Shown: positions 1 to 13,594 of the stretch, piece after piece | Numbering within the stretch: the stretch's first letter is position 1 | Layout: each line of letters opens with the position of its first letter | Translations under genes and position numbers: made by a program | Origin: Cycas panzhihuaensis | Taxonomy: Eukaryota > Plantae > Cycadophyta | Assembly (NCBI GenBank): GCA_023213395.1 | Contig: CM041465.1 | Coordinates: 152,465,741-152,529,740, forward strand | Direction of reading: 5' to 3' | Length of the DNA stretch: 64,000 nucleotides | The notes under the pieces: model-generated | What the model was told of the DNA's origin: nothing | The model's database searches: none | Seen by the model: only the letters and a program-made list of their open reading frames with translations

Positions 1-727
1 CCTTCCGTCTATTTCTTCTTGCACCTCTTTTTCTTCCGTTCTCCTACGCAGTCTTTAACCTTAGAGTTGTTCTTCTTTTTTGGAAAGCTATTTGGCATTA
101 ACTCCCCATGATTCTTGCTCCTCTTACTGTGTTTATGGCTACTAGGCATCCTTCTTCCTCTTCCTTAAAAAAATTAGGCAGTTTTAAAACCCTGTTATGC
201 ATATTTTCTTTCTAAATAATTTTCCCATTTTTAGTTTTTCAACTAACTTTCAAATGGTTAAAAAACCAACTTAAATCCATTTATTCAAGGGTTTTCTTTC
301 TTCTATTGTACATAGGACACATATAAACTCATCCTCCTAAAATTTTATGTGAAATAGACTCCTTTTTCCTTGTCAAAATCGCGTCCATTTTGCCATTTTT
401 CTATTTTTCGTTTTTCAGGTTGCATTAGTTGCACTTCAGGACGTATTAGTTGCACTTCAGGTTACACTAGTTGCACTTTAGGATGCACTAGTTGCACTTG
501 TAGACCACTTGGTTGCACTTGTAGTCTACTTGGCTACACTTGTAGTCCACTTGGTTACACTTATAGACCACTTAGTTGCACTTGTAGCCCACTTGGTTGC
601 ACCTGCTTTACATTTTTTAAGCATCTCAATGGTATTTTTCTACTAAATGAAGGTTACAAACATGGAAAATAAATATAACAAGGCATTTTGAAGAGTATTA
701 TGAAATTAAAGATCAAAAAACGGATCA
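1..727 (-). repeat. 3' LTR of element C (partial)
   Basis: Aligns to ~6580-7332; adjacent to PPT-like AAAAAATGGGAG on -. Confidence 0.9.
418..602. repeat. ~21-bp minisatellite (GGTTGCACTTGTAGTCCACTT-like) in LTR of C
   Basis: Repeated units visible directly; counterpart at ~7004-7210. Confidence 0.9.
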
Positions 728-765
728 AAACTCCCATTTTTTAGGAGTTCTTGGTCTCATGAACC

Positions 766-3700
766 TTATAGTTGTAGATGAGGGAATTTAATTTTTCCTT
801 TCTCCCTGTTGTACCATTTTGCCTTATTGGGTACTGGTCCTTTTTTTGCAATCCTGAAGGACTTGATTGCGCCTCTTCTAATCTTGGTTTGCTTCCTTTG
901 ATGAATGCAATAGTTTTACATTAGTTTCTCTTTCTCTACTCACAACTCCTTTGGATTTGGTAAGAGTGGAACTCCGTCTTCATCTTCATCCAACATGGAT
1001 GGCTTGAACATCTTTAGATTCTCAACATTTACAACTAAATACATCTTCATGAATTCTGGAAGTTCAAGCTGGAAAGCATTTTCCCCAATCTTCTTCAAGA
1101 TTGTAAAAGGACCATAACATATAGGCTTTAGATTTTTACCTTCACCTTGCAATTGTTTCTTACTAAGATGCCACCAAACTCTATCTTCTTCCTTAAAGGA
1201 ATGGCTGGTTCTATGTGCATCATGCCTCTATTTATATCTCTATTGAGATTTTTAAAACTTCTCCTTAACCTGTTGATGAATTTTTCTAATTCTTTCTAAG
1301 AATCTTTGTGCCTTCTCATCTCCTTCTTCCTCCTCCTTATTTTCAATAGAAAGTTAAGCAGAAAATTCTAGATCGAATGGAATTGTAGGCAAAAATCTCA
1401 AACATACCTCAAATGGTGATTTCTAGATTGAGCTATGGATAGCTCTGTTGAAGGCAAATTGCAAGTATAGGAGACTTCCATCCCAAGTCTTAGGATGCTT
1501 GGCATTGTATCCATGTAATAGTTGTACCAATATCCTATTGATGACTTTAGTCTGGCTGTCTATTTGCGGATGAAAGGCCATGCTCATCTTCAGCTTTGTA
1601 TCCATTATTCTTCCAGTCTTGGTCTGCTTCCTTTGAAGAATGCAATAGTTTTGCATTGGTTCCTCTTTCTCTGCTGATAACTCCTTTAGATTTGGTAAGA
1701 GTGGAACTTCGTCTTCATCTTCATCTAACATGGATGGCTCGAACATCTTTAGATTCTCAACATTCACAACTAAATACATCTTTGTGAATTCTAGAAGTTC
1801 AAGCTGGAAAGCATTTTCCCCAATCTTCTTTAAGATTGTAAAAGGACCATAACATATAGGCTTTAGATTTTTACCTTCACCTTGTAATCGTTTCTTACTG
1901 AGATGCCACCAAAGTCTATCTTCTTCCTTAAAGGAATGGCTGGTTCTATGTGCATCATGCCTATGTTTGTATCTCTATTGAGATTTTTAAAACTGCTCCT
2001 CAACCTGTTAATGGATTTTTCTAATTCTTTCCAAGAATCTTTGTGCCTTCTCATCTCCTTATTCCTCCTTCTTATTTTCAATAGAAAGTTGAGCAAAAAA
2101 TTCTAAATCAAATGGAATTGTAGGCAGAAATCCCAAACATACCTCAAATGGTGATTTCTAGATTAAGCTATGGATAGCTCTGTTGAAGGCAAATTGCAAG
2201 TATGGGAGACTTCCATCCCAAGTCTTAGGATGCTTGGCATTGTATCTATATAATAGTTGTACCAACGTCCTATTGATGACTTCAGTCTGGCCGTCTATTT
2301 GTGGATGAAAGGCCGTGCTTATCTTCAGCTTCGTATCTATCATTCTCCAAAGTGTTTACTAAAAATGACTTAGAAATCTGCTGTCTCGATTAGAAATGAT
2401 TGAGTTGGGAAGTCCAAAATGCTTTCAAACATGCTGAAAAGATAATCTAGCTATGTCTTTTCTTGTATGTGTCTTCCTACAGGGAATCAACACCACCATT
2501 TTACTGAACCGATCAACAACTACAAATAAATAATCCATACCATTTTTGGTTTGAGATAGTCCTCTGATAAGATCCATAGAGATACTCTCACATGGTCATG
2601 ATGGAATAGGAAATAGAGTGTATAATCCAAACTTCCTATTAGCTAGCTTTGATGTGCTACACAATGTACATTCTCATATTATTGTAATCATGTCTTGTTA
2701 CATATTTGGCTAATATATATATCGCTGCAAGTTCAACAATGTCTTTCCCACTCCAAAGTGTCCTGCAACTTGAGAGGTGTGAGCTTCTCTTACCCACTTC
2801 ATTTAGTCTGCATGCTTTGGAATGTAAAGCTTTTCTTGCTTGAAAAGAAAGCTATCTTTCATTGGAAATTAGCAACTACTTTTCCCTATTGTAGCTGCTT
2901 AAAGATAGGCTTGAATGCCTCATCTTGCAAGTACAAATCAACATATTCATCATGGCAGAAAGGCTGGAATTACATAGTTACTAATAAACTAGAAATACCT
3001 CATTATTGAGGAGGTATGGATAGCAAGTCTACAATTTTGTTTATCATGCCTTTCTTGTACTTGACCATGATGTGAAACTGTTACAAATAGGACATCCACT
3101 TCATGTGCCTAGCCTATTTCAATTTGGACTGAGTCTGCAAGAATTACAAAGGTTTGTGGTTGGTGTGGATGACCACCTTTTTTCCCAACAAATACAGTCT
3201 CTAATGCTTAACTGCTTGGTGCAATGTATACAGCTCTTTATCATAAGTTGGGTAGTTTATGACAGCTCCATTAAATGTCTTTGAATGGTATGCTATTGAT
3301 CTTCCCTCTTGCTATAACATTGCTCCCATGGCATAGCCTGAAGCATCAGTCTCTAATTCAAATAATTTCTACAATGAGGGTAAGGCTAACACTGGTGCCT
3401 TATAAATGTTTTACTTCAAGAGCATGAAAGCTTTCTCTCGTTCATTCCTCCAATGAAACTTTGCATGTCCTCCTGTCAATGCATGAAGAAGTACTAAAAT
3501 TTGAGAGAATCTAAAAATAAAATTTCTTAAATATTGACATGCACCAATGAAACTTCTTACCTCCGTGGTTGTCTTGGATGTGGGCCAATTGAGAATGACT
3601 CTAATCTTTGCTGGGTCAATCTTCAATTCTCCTCCTCCAACTATAAAACCTAAGAAGATGAGAGATTGCTTTCTAAACTCACACTTCTTTGGATTAAGTT

Positions 3701-6000
3701 TTAGTTGTTTCTTTTAGAAGATTTTGAGCACTTGCTCGATATGTTGGAGGTTCTCCTCCTAAGTATAATTGAAAATCAGAATATCATCCAAATAAATAAT
3801 TATAAATTTATCAATGAAGGGTCTTAATACCTCATTCATCAACCTCATGAAGGTGGTAGGTACATTTCATAGACCAAAAGGCATCACCAACCATTCAAAC
3901 AACCCTTGCTTTGATTTGAAGGTTGTCTTCTAAGTATCCTCCTCCCAGATTCAAACCTGATAGTAGCCTGATTTCAAGTCCAACTTGTTAAAATATCTTG
4001 TAGACTGCAGCTAGTCTAACAAGTCATCTATCCCTAGTAAGGAATGTTAATTCTTTATGGTGATCTTATTCAAAGCCTAGTAGTTAATGCATATTCTCCA
4101 TTCTCCATCTTTCTTTAACACTAAAACAATAGGCGAATCACATGGGGAATAACTTTGCTTGATCACTTCTTACTCCGAGAGTTTTTTAATCTCTTCATTC
4201 TCCAAAACTAAGTTTTAATAGAGACTAAGATTGGGCAAAGGTGAATTGGCAACCAGTTGGATTTCATGTTTAATTACCCTTTTAGGGGGCAGCCCTTTTG
4301 GCTCATGGAATACATCATCATACCTATTCCTTAGGCCTTTAATTTACTGCACTTGTTTCCTATGCAATGCCTACATTGAGGACTCTACTTGCTCTTTTTC
4401 CTCCACCTTTTACTTCACCATTAGCAGCACAAATTTCCTATAAAAATTAATTAATCTTTTTACTTTTTAGCAAGATATGAGAGAGATCTTCTTTTACAAC
4501 TTTGATGCATTGATCAGATATGATTTCCCATCCTTGATGAGTCAAATCTTCCTCAACCTCCTATGATGAACTCCATCTCTATCATAGAGATATGGGTTGC
4601 TAAACACAACTTGACAAACATCCAAAGGAATTACCTCACATTCAACTCCATCAATGAACTTTTTAAAAATTGTAAATTTAAACTTACATTGGTGAGTAAC
4701 CTACAACTCTGAATCTTTTTGCAGCCATCCAAGAGGATATGGTTTATGATGTACATGCATTTTTAATTCCAGCTTCTTTACCAATGCCTTTGAGATTAAA
4801 TTCTTTTGGCTTCTTCCATTAAATATGGCATCAACCATACTTTGTTTCACCTGGATTCTTACCATGAAAAGCTCCTCTCTAACCTCTAGATCAACTTGTT
4901 GATGGTTGTTTTTAGGCTTCACATTACCCATGAGCATCAACTTCTCATTGGCTCCTTTAATGCCATAAACATCTTCATCACCTATAGAGTTAAGTAAAGC
5001 TTTACCTTTAGTTCTAGCTTTACCTTTCCCCTTGTTCTTGGGCTGCTTCTCTGGATATATGAACTAACAATCTTCTATGTTGTGACCTGCTCACTTGCAA
5101 TGTGTACAAGTGACTTTGATTTGGGTGGTATTGGCTTGTTTTTTTTTTGATAAAACCCTAATCAGTTTTTGTCCAACTTTACTTAGAAACTTCTTTTCTT
5201 GGGTAGGTTTATTGCTACCTTCTAGAGGTGTAAACCTTTTCCTCTCCATGAAAACCTTCTTGTTCCTCTTTTCTATGGCAATCACCTTCTTGTTGGCCTC
5301 ATCGAAGGATTTAACTTTAAACAATTGAAGTTCTTGTTGAATATGCTGGTGTAGCCCTCCAATATACTTCAGCATAATGTCTTTACCCAATAAAGAGATG
5401 CCAAATACAACAACTTGCTTTTGAATTTTTTTTGTATAGTTTTAGACATTTTGGCATTTTTCTTGTCGATAATACTGTCATTTAATCCTTTGTTGCTCTT
5501 CATACCTAATAGGGTAGAATTTCTTCTTTATGAGAATTTTAAATCACTACCATGTAATTTCATTTACATTATGGGATTTAAGATATGCAATCCACCAAAC
5601 TAATGCATGCTCAGATATTTTTAACCTAGTAAAAGTAATTTTTGTACCAGTTTTTATACCTATAAATGGAAAAATATGTTTCTATTTGGTCCAACCAACC
5701 ATCTAACTTTTCAGCATCTAAGGTTCCATCATAGATAGGTAATTCAAGTTTTTCCTCTACCTAGAATGGATGTGTTATTACTAATGGACTATCATCTTCT
5801 TCCTCTTCTTATTGGACTTCTACAGGTTTTTCATTTGTTTCATCTTCCATCAGTTCATCTTCTTCCTTCTTTATGCCTTTGGCTATTGAAGAAGTTACAT
5901 CTTATTGAAAGGTTAGTCGCACCATAAGTTGGGTTAGTTTGTTGAGGTTTTGCTTCATCTTTACAAATCTTTTCTCTATCTCTTACTCCAACTCAGCCAT
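766..6000 (-). pseudogene. gag-pol polyprotein of element C, many stops and frameshifts
   Basis: ORF-track fragments 5091-5390 (gag/zinc knuckle), 4701-4940 (protease), 3411-3626 (RT-RH), 2158-2343, 1423-1779 and 940-1152 (integrase/GPF). Confidence 0.9.
875..2345. repeat. 735-bp tandem duplication of integrase C-terminal region
   Basis: AGCTATGGAT at 1431 and 2166 (period 735); duplicated peptides in ORF track (1423-1779 vs 2158-2343 and 940-1152). Confidence 0.92.
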
Positions 6001-6165
6001 CTTCCTTCGCTATCTATGCTCTTTTTCAAGCGGTTCAGTTAAAGGCTCACCAGTTAACAAATATTAGAACCTAGTTTTTATAAAAACTTTTCACAGCTAA
6101 AACAAAGAGCTTTTTTTTCTTTTTCTTCTTTAAAAATCCCTAAATTCCCAAGGGTTTTAAAAAAA

Positions 6166-6180
6166 CTAGCTCTGATACCA
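6166..6180 (-). promoter_or_regulatory. Primer-binding site (tRNA-iMet) of element C
   Basis: CTAGCTCTGATACCA on +, i.e. TGGTATCAGAGCTAG on -, next to the 5' LTR. Confidence 0.9.
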
Positions 6181-6183
6181 AAA

Positions 6184-7332
6184 TATTTGATATAAATTTG
6201 AATGGAAAAGTAAAGACTTAATCCAATTGAAACAAATTCAAAATAAATTTACAATAATGTTACATTATTTTAAAAATTATTTAGATTTTTTCTTACAAAA
6301 TTCCATATGTTTGTGTTCTATTGAGCATGCATAGGACTACTACAGTAAGTAGGGAGAGAAGAAATGAGTGCTAGGTGCATTTTGGGTACCATTGCCAACA
6401 AACTATATGTAAAGTTTTGGTTGTCGTTCAACCAAAAACCCTTTCTTGGAGAAGATTTACACCTGGTATCTTCCTTGGACTACTACGACTAGTTTTTTTC
6501 TTCTTCCTTTGGTTGTAACTAAGCCTTCTTGGGTTCCTTTAATGTCCCCACAAACAAATCTGGGTGCTTTTCTGTTGCTCCTTCTGTCTATTTCTTCTTG
6601 CACCTCTTTTTCTTCTATTCTCCTACGTAGTCTTTAATCTTGAAGCCATTCTTCTTATTTGGAAATCTATTTGGCATTAACTCCCCATGATTCTTACTCC
6701 TCTAGTTGCATTTATGGCTGTTGGGTATCCTTCTTCCTCTTCCTTGACAAAATCGAGTAGTTTTAAAACCCTACTATGCATATTTTCTTTCTAAATGATT
6801 TTCCTGTTTTTAGTTTTTCAACTAACTTTTGAATAGTTGAGAAACCAAATTAAATCCATTTATTCAAGGGTTTTCTTTCTTCTATTACATAGAGGACATG
6901 TATAAACTTGTCCTCCTAAAATTTTGTATGAAACAGACTCCTTTTTCCCTGTCAAAATCACATAAGTTTTACCATTTTATATTTTTCTGTTTTCCATTTT
7001 TCAGGTTGCACTAGTTGTACTTCAGGACACATTAGTTGCACTTTAGGTTACACTGGTTGCACTTTAGGATGCACTAGTTGCATTTCAAGTTGCACTGGTT
7101 ATGCTTTAGGACACACTGGTTATACTTATAGACCACTTAGTTGCACTTATAGTCTACTTGGTTGCACTTGTAGTCCACTTGGTTGCACTTGTAGTCCACT
7201 TGGTTGCACCTGCTTTACATTTTTTAAGCATCTCAATGGTATTTTCTACTAAATGAAGGTTACAAATATGAAAAATAAATATAATAAGGCATTTTAAAGA
7301 GTATTATAAAATTAAAGTCTGAAAACAGATCA
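6184..7332 (-). repeat. 5' LTR of element C (~1.15 kb; inner boundary approximate)
   Basis: Lies between PBS and terminal GATCA; homologous to 1-727. Confidence 0.85.
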
Positions 7333-8660
7333 GTTCTCCCTAAATTTTTGTCTTGATTTGTCACTCTAGTGAGAAGATCTGATATGATCTATGTTCTCCT
7401 CTTCATGCTTTATTTTTCAAGATCAAGGAGAAACTCTTTCTTTTAAACCATTATAGCTCTCTGTTTAACTATCAAAACTAGCACTTATAACTACTCGTTC
7501 TATTTGTCTCTGAGTCATCTTGCTAGCAAAGAAGATAGATCTTAATCTTATCCATCTGTTTGTGAGATATCTTTGTCAGATTATGAAGTGCTTCACCCGT
7601 TTATGTAAAAAACCTACATACAATTAAATTTTAATTTATTTTATTTTCTTCTAAAGTTTAAGTTTAATTTAATTTAAGTTTATAATTTTTTAGTTCCAAG
7701 CATGTTAGCCTCCATCCATCCTTAGCCCCCAATCTTATTTGCTCCATATGACCTTTCATTTGCAGAATTCAAATAACATTAATCTATATTTTATAATTTT
7801 TTATTATTTAAAAACTATATTTTATATTGTATATAATTTGGATTCCACTAGCCCCCTTAGGCCTCTATCAATCAGTCATATTGAGCCTCCAAGTGACCTG
7901 GGCTTATTGATCAAAGGGGCTTAACCCCCTTCCTTCTCTAGCTTTGTGTTATAAAGAGGACCTTGGACATTTTCTTTAATAACTTGAGTTCTACAGCTCC
8001 ATTTTTGGAACCATCAAAATCGTTGGAAGATTTTTAGCGCTCTATATATTAGAGTAGTTTCATCTCATTTTCATGCTATTTTGTAGATCTTTGAAGCTAT
8101 TAAATTTGAGTCTTTGCTTCAGTCCTAATTAGATGCATTATTTAATATTTTGAGCCAAATTTCTCATTCCAACTGAATATATTTGATCATTATCTATATA
8201 CTAATTAATTATTGATAATATTTGTTTGGTTTTATAAGCTTACAAGTTGTTTTCTAGCTCTTTAGCATCAATTTTAGCTTCTTGAAGATTATAAGCCCTA
8301 TTTAGATTAAAACAATAAATTGGTACTCCTTACCATTACTGTTCTCTTTTTTTAACATTTATATTTGAATTTAAAAGGATTTATTTAAGTATTTTTAACT
8401 ATTTAAGGCCTTTCATTGCCTTTAAAACTTCAAGATTACACCTAGTTTGCATATAAATTTATAAAAGATCAACTCTTCATTTCATCTATATTATTTTAAG
8501 AAAATTTGCTAGAAATTCCATATATCTTAAGGTTGTTAGTTCACTAATTAAAGAAACATTCTTATTTACCTTAACTCCACTATATCTTTTAAGATTTATA
8601 AGTGTATTTTAGTGTAGTCATAAGCCATTTGTGGCTCCTTTATGCTTTTGAGTTTCATCT

Positions 8661-8977
8661 TATTGTTCGCAGAGGAGCAGAGTAGGTTAGGATGCCATTC
8701 CGATTAACAAATTTCCATATAATAGAAGGCATTGTTGAAAAAACCTAGGTTGTAATACAACCCTTTAAATAGAAATTTGGGGAGCCGCCTAAGCACCTCA
8801 ACCCGACCTGTATGTTAGCCATCAAAAATAAAAAAATAAATTAAAATAATAAAGCATACCTAAATATGTCAGTTGATGATGGCTTGGGGAGGCTCAAGGT
8901 GCCTTAAGGAGCCCTAAAGGTGGCTTTGAGGGGCCCTAAGTGCACATATCCTTAGGACATTGGGGGTTATCCCAACA
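8661..8977 (-). repeat. 3' LTR of D
   Basis: Direct repeat of 16518-16813 with one extra ~22-bp internal repeat unit. Confidence 0.95.
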
Positions 8978-8988
8978 TTCTCCTCCAT

Positions 8989-11900
8989 AATCCCTAATGT
9001 GAGGAATTCCCAAATTTTCTCTAAATTTCTAGAACTTGATTTTACCCAATGCTTTTGTGAAGATATCCACTGTCTAGTCCTCTATACTATAATATTTTAG
9101 CTCAATTTATCCTTCATGTACTAATTCATGAATGAAATGATGTTGTGTCACAATATGCTTTGTTCTACCACAAAAAAATAGATTCTTTGTTATTTATATG
9201 GTGCTTCAATTATTGTACTAGATTTTGGTTGGCCCTTACTATTCTATATTAAGATCTTGTAGAAGACAATACAACCAAACTATTTCACATGCCCCTAAAA
9301 CTACTATTTTATATTCTGCGTCTTCTGTTGATAAAAAACTATATTTTGTTTATTTGAGCTCCACGCTTTAACTATTGAAACTGTGTTAAAGGTGTAACTT
9401 GATGTAGATTTCCTATCATCTATATCACCAGCCCAATCTGAATTTGTATGCCCTATTAATCTAAAATTTGATATAGACCTGTAATATAGCCCAAAATCTA
9501 TCGTGCCTTTAAGATATCATAGGATTATTTTTTTTGCTTTCCAATGAGAAGTCTTTAGATCATGTATAAATCGAGATACCACAATAACTACATGCATGAT
9601 ATTAGGTCATGTAAAAGTCAAGTAAATTAAGTTGCCAATTAGTTGCTTGTATAGTATCAGATCCATATGAGCAGACTCATCATGCTTTGAAAGTTTTATT
9701 CCAACTTCAGTAGGAGTAACTAAAAGTTTACATTCGCTCATCTTAAACTTTTGAAGTAAGTCCAAGGTATATTTTCTTTGAGAGATAAGAATGCTGCCAT
9801 CATCTTGCCATACTTCTATTCCTAGGAAGTAATGCATTAGACCCAAGTCAGTTATTTTAAATTCTCTACATATATCTCCCTTGAATTGATGTGAGAGTTG
9901 TGGATCATTTCCTATGTCAAAAAGATCATCAACATATAATCCCATAATTAGGATCGATTTACCTTCAATCTTAATGTATAGATTTGGGTCTGATTGAGAT
10001 CTTTTAAAGCCTTAATCTTTGTAATATTTATCAATATGGGAATACCATGCCTTAGGTGCTTGTTTAAGTCCATAAAGTGCTTTCTTGAGTTTGTACACTT
10101 TGTTTTCTTCCCCCATGACTTTAAAACTGAGGGGTTGAGAGACATAGATGTCTTCTTCAATATAGCCATTAAGAAAATTACTTTTGATGTCCATTTGGCA
10201 AATGTCTCATTTTATTTGAGCAGTCAAATTAATAATCATCCAAATTATTTCCATTCTGACAACTACAACAAAGGTCTCATTATAATCAATGCTTTCCTTT
10301 TGAGAGTATTCTTTTACAATAAGATGAGCTTTTTGCTTATCAATAGAGCCATTAGATCTGAATTTTGTTTTGTATATCCACTTAGTCCCAATAGGCTTTT
10401 TATTCTGAGGAATATCAACCAATTCCCAAGTGTCATTTTTTACAATGGAGTTGTATTCTTCCCCCATAGCTTTTCTCCATGTAGCATCTAAATTAGCCTC
10501 ATTAAAGGTTTGAGGCTCATGTGTTTCCATAACATGAGACATAAGGGCAAAGTTTACCCTATGAGATCAAGTTGATCTTCTATTATAATCATGATCCAAC
10601 ATATTATCCATGGGATGATATGTGTGAGTCCATTTAGGAATTATTCGTGGTGGAGGTTGAGAGGTTTCCTCCCTAGGAAAATTTTGTAGTGGAGGTTGAG
10701 AAGAAGTTCCCTCCCTACTTTCAACATCAATGGTCCTTCTTTGGAGCTACCAAGGTGGCACATATATGTACCTAGGATTGGAATCAATATTTATTGCCAT
10801 ATTCTTTCCTTTTTCTTGATGATGATTAACATAATAGGAATTAGTTTCTTGAAAGACGACATCTCTGCTCATGATAACCTTTCTTACTTTTGGATCATAA
10901 ATTTTATATGATTTTGATATATCACCATAGATGATAAAAATTTATTTGGTACTATGATCATCTAGTTTAGTCCTTTTCTATTTAAGAATATAAGTATATG
11001 CCATGCAACCAAAAACTCTTAAGTGATAGATACTTGGTTTGTATCCTATCTATGCTTCTTCGAGAGTTTTCCATCGAAGTGCTTTAGGGGTACTTCTGTT
11101 AATTAAATATACTACTGTATATATTACTTCGACCCAAAATTAATTTCCTAATCTTTTATCTTTCAGCATGCACCTTGCCATTTCAACCATGGTGTGATTC
11201 TTTCTTTTGGCTATACCATTTTATTGAGGGGTGTAGGGATTGGTTAACTAATGCCTAATTCCATGGTGAATATAATAAGCATTGAATTGATTTGAAATGA
11301 ATTCTCCACCATTGTTTGATCTTAGGGAGAGTATATTGTGTCTACTTTGTCTCTCCACATAGGTTTTGAAGTCAATAAAGTGTTGAAACACGTCAGATTT
11401 AAATTTTATGAAGAAAACCCATGTTTTCCTTATATAGTTATCAATAAAAGTAATAAAGTATTTTGCTCCTCCTAGAGATGGAGTTTCCATGGGACCACAA
11501 ATATTAGTATATACCAATTGAAGAAGATCTTATTCTCTATAGGTAAATTTTGGAAAACTTTTCCTATGTTGTTTTCCAAATAGGCATCATGTTGGAGTGC
11601 GTGATGTTAACTATCATGAGGAAGTCCACTTCCCAAATCACCTTGGGGCTTTTGATGTAACAATAACCCATGACAAGTGGTATCAGAGAAACCAGGGTTT
11701 AAAACCAGTCTTATGTACCATGATAACATATTTAGAGATACGTGAAGGTGTTAGGGGTGACACCGAGGAATGTCATGGTGGATATGCATGTTGTGTAAGT
11801 ACAACCAACTCCTTGTGACAAGGGAGTATTGGAGCACATGATGCTAACTATCATGAGGAAGTCTTTTTCCTAAATCACCCTGGGGCTTTTGGTGTAATAG

Positions 11901-13594
11901 CAACCCATGAAACATACCTCATAGATATTTTTATCCACTTTAATATGGGGCAACCCATCAACCATGCTCATCCTTTTCATAAGTTCCAAACTACTATAAT
12001 TCAAGTGTTCAAATCTTTTATGTCACATGGTAGTGTTAATCTTAGTGGTTATTTTCCAAGCATAAGAATCAGATTGAGGGATGACAAGTTTGAATAGATT
12101 ATCTTTTGTCATTTTTCCTCTAGTAAAAATTATTTTATTTTGTCTCTTATCTTTGATAATACACTCACCATTATCAAATATGTCTCTATAATCCTGACCC
12201 ATCATGTGTCCCATTAATAGTAGATTCTTCCTTAAGGCTAGAACATATAGAACATCCTTGATGTATTTGATTTTTCTTGAATTGATTTAGAGAGCTATAT
12301 TTCCTTTGCCAATAGCTTCATGGGTTGTGTTGTCTCTAAATATAATAGAGCCCATATTAGCTATATCAATTGTTTGAAACCAACCCCTTGTATGAGTTAT
12401 GTGAGTTGAGCATCCTGAGTCAATATACCAACTACTATTTTCATCTTCATTGGCTAGAAAGCAGAACACAAATAACCAATTTTCTCTATTTTGCACAACA
12501 ATGTTAGCACTTCCTTTGTTAGGTGGTCTATTTTTAGTAAAGCACCTATCTTCTGTATGAACAAGGTAATTACAAAAGGTGCAATATGATGAATCTCTTC
12601 TCTCATAACTAAGACTTCTACTCTAAGGATACGATCTCTTAATATAAGATGGTCTTCCTCTTTTTTCATAAGGAGGTGGATAATCCCTTTGCCTATGATT
12701 TGGAGGATAAAAATTTTCCCTTTATAGTGGTATGTCCCTTTGACAATTAGGATAACATTGATGTGTCCCTTGTTGTCTTTCTTCACTTGGATATCTAGTT
12801 TACCTTGAATCTCTTTGATTAGCTTCTTATCTTTGGTGAGGAGCTTGATATCTTGGCTACCTTTGTTAGTACGGTGTATGTCTAAGGTTTCTACTCTTTT
12901 CTTTCAGAGACTAATCCCTAGATTTAGAAGTGCTTGCTTAAGTATGTGGGCATATCATTGCCTTAGTGGAAAAAGCATGTTCAAGTGATTCATTAGATGC
13001 CTTCTTCTCTTTAACAACCATTAACATGGCACTCAATTATTCTATTTTGAGAGTGCTCAAGTCTTTGGGGACTTTAATGTTAGTTGCAACCATTTCAAAA
13101 CTTGGTATGACACTAACACATCATAGAATCCTTTTAACAACTCTTCGTTTTGTTAAGATCTCTCTAAGAGATCTCATATGATTAACTAGGTCTTGTACCT
13201 TTGTTATAAAGTCAGTCACTGATTCATTTAAATTCATCCTTAGGTTTTCAAATTTACTCCTAAGCGTTTGAAGCTTTGATGAATCCACTCCTTCATAAAT
13301 TAGTTATAAAGTATCTCATACTTGCTTTAATGTGGCTGCTTCACTCACTCTTGGAAAAATTTTAACATCAATAGCACAAAATAATAATGTTAGAGCCTTA
13401 TTATCTTTCTTGACCATTTTTTTAAATACCCTCTTTTGTTTATTTGTGGTTTGGTCACCTGGATCTGTATAGACTGTCTAAACTATACCCTATAATTCCT
13501 TCGACATGAGGATAGATTTTATTTTTCTGCTCCAAATTAGAAAATTTATCCCATCAAATACTAGAATAGTCATATTTCCTATGCTTATTGCCAT
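8989..13594 (-). pseudogene. gag-pol of copia D, disrupted
   Basis: ORF fragments 12287-12496 (PR), 11248-11517 (INT core), 10207-10542, 10012-10194 and 9607-9945 (RT); ATG at 13594. Confidence 0.92.
11590..11912 (+). mobile_element. TRIM (terminal-repeat retrotransposon in miniature), 323 bp, nested in integrase of D
   Basis: 86-bp LTRs 11590-11675 and 11827-11912 (15 mismatches). PBS TGGTATCAGAG at 11678-11688, PPT ACAAGGGAG before the 3' LTR. Interrupts D's integrase CxxC codons; imperfect TSD CATCA/CATAC. Confidence 0.92.

Larger units (their letters stand above)
1..7332 (-). mobile_element. Ty3/gypsy LTR retrotransposon C (CRM-like chromovirus), decayed; 3' LTR cut by window start
   Basis: Direct repeats 1-727 and ~6184-7332, both ending ...GATCA on + (TGATC on -). 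tRNA-Met-type PBS (TGGTATCAGAGCTAG on -) at 6166-6180 and PPT at ~728-745. Minus-strand gag, protease, RT (KQGLFEWLVMPFGL, YLDDILI), RNase H and integrase (FHPQIDGQTEV, YGPF) motifs in gypsy order. Confidence 0.93.

Noticed and set aside
418-602. CRISPR-like array
   Set aside because: Contiguous tandem units with no unique spacers, inside a eukaryotic LTR.
370-672. 100-aa Cys/Thr-rich ORF
   Set aside because: Translation of the 21-bp LTR minisatellite.
9994-10491. 165-aa + strand ORF and similar opposite-strand ORFs (2695-3009, 59886-60251)
   Set aside because: Antisense shadows of retrotransposon pol sequence.
11610-11645. Hammerhead-ribozyme-like look (TCATGA-GGAAG..CTTCC-CAAA) in the TRIM LTR, suggesting a retrozyme
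   Set aside because: Both LTR copies lack the required CUGANGA and GAAA core bases (differences are transversions), and no stem I/III with a cleavage triplet is evident.
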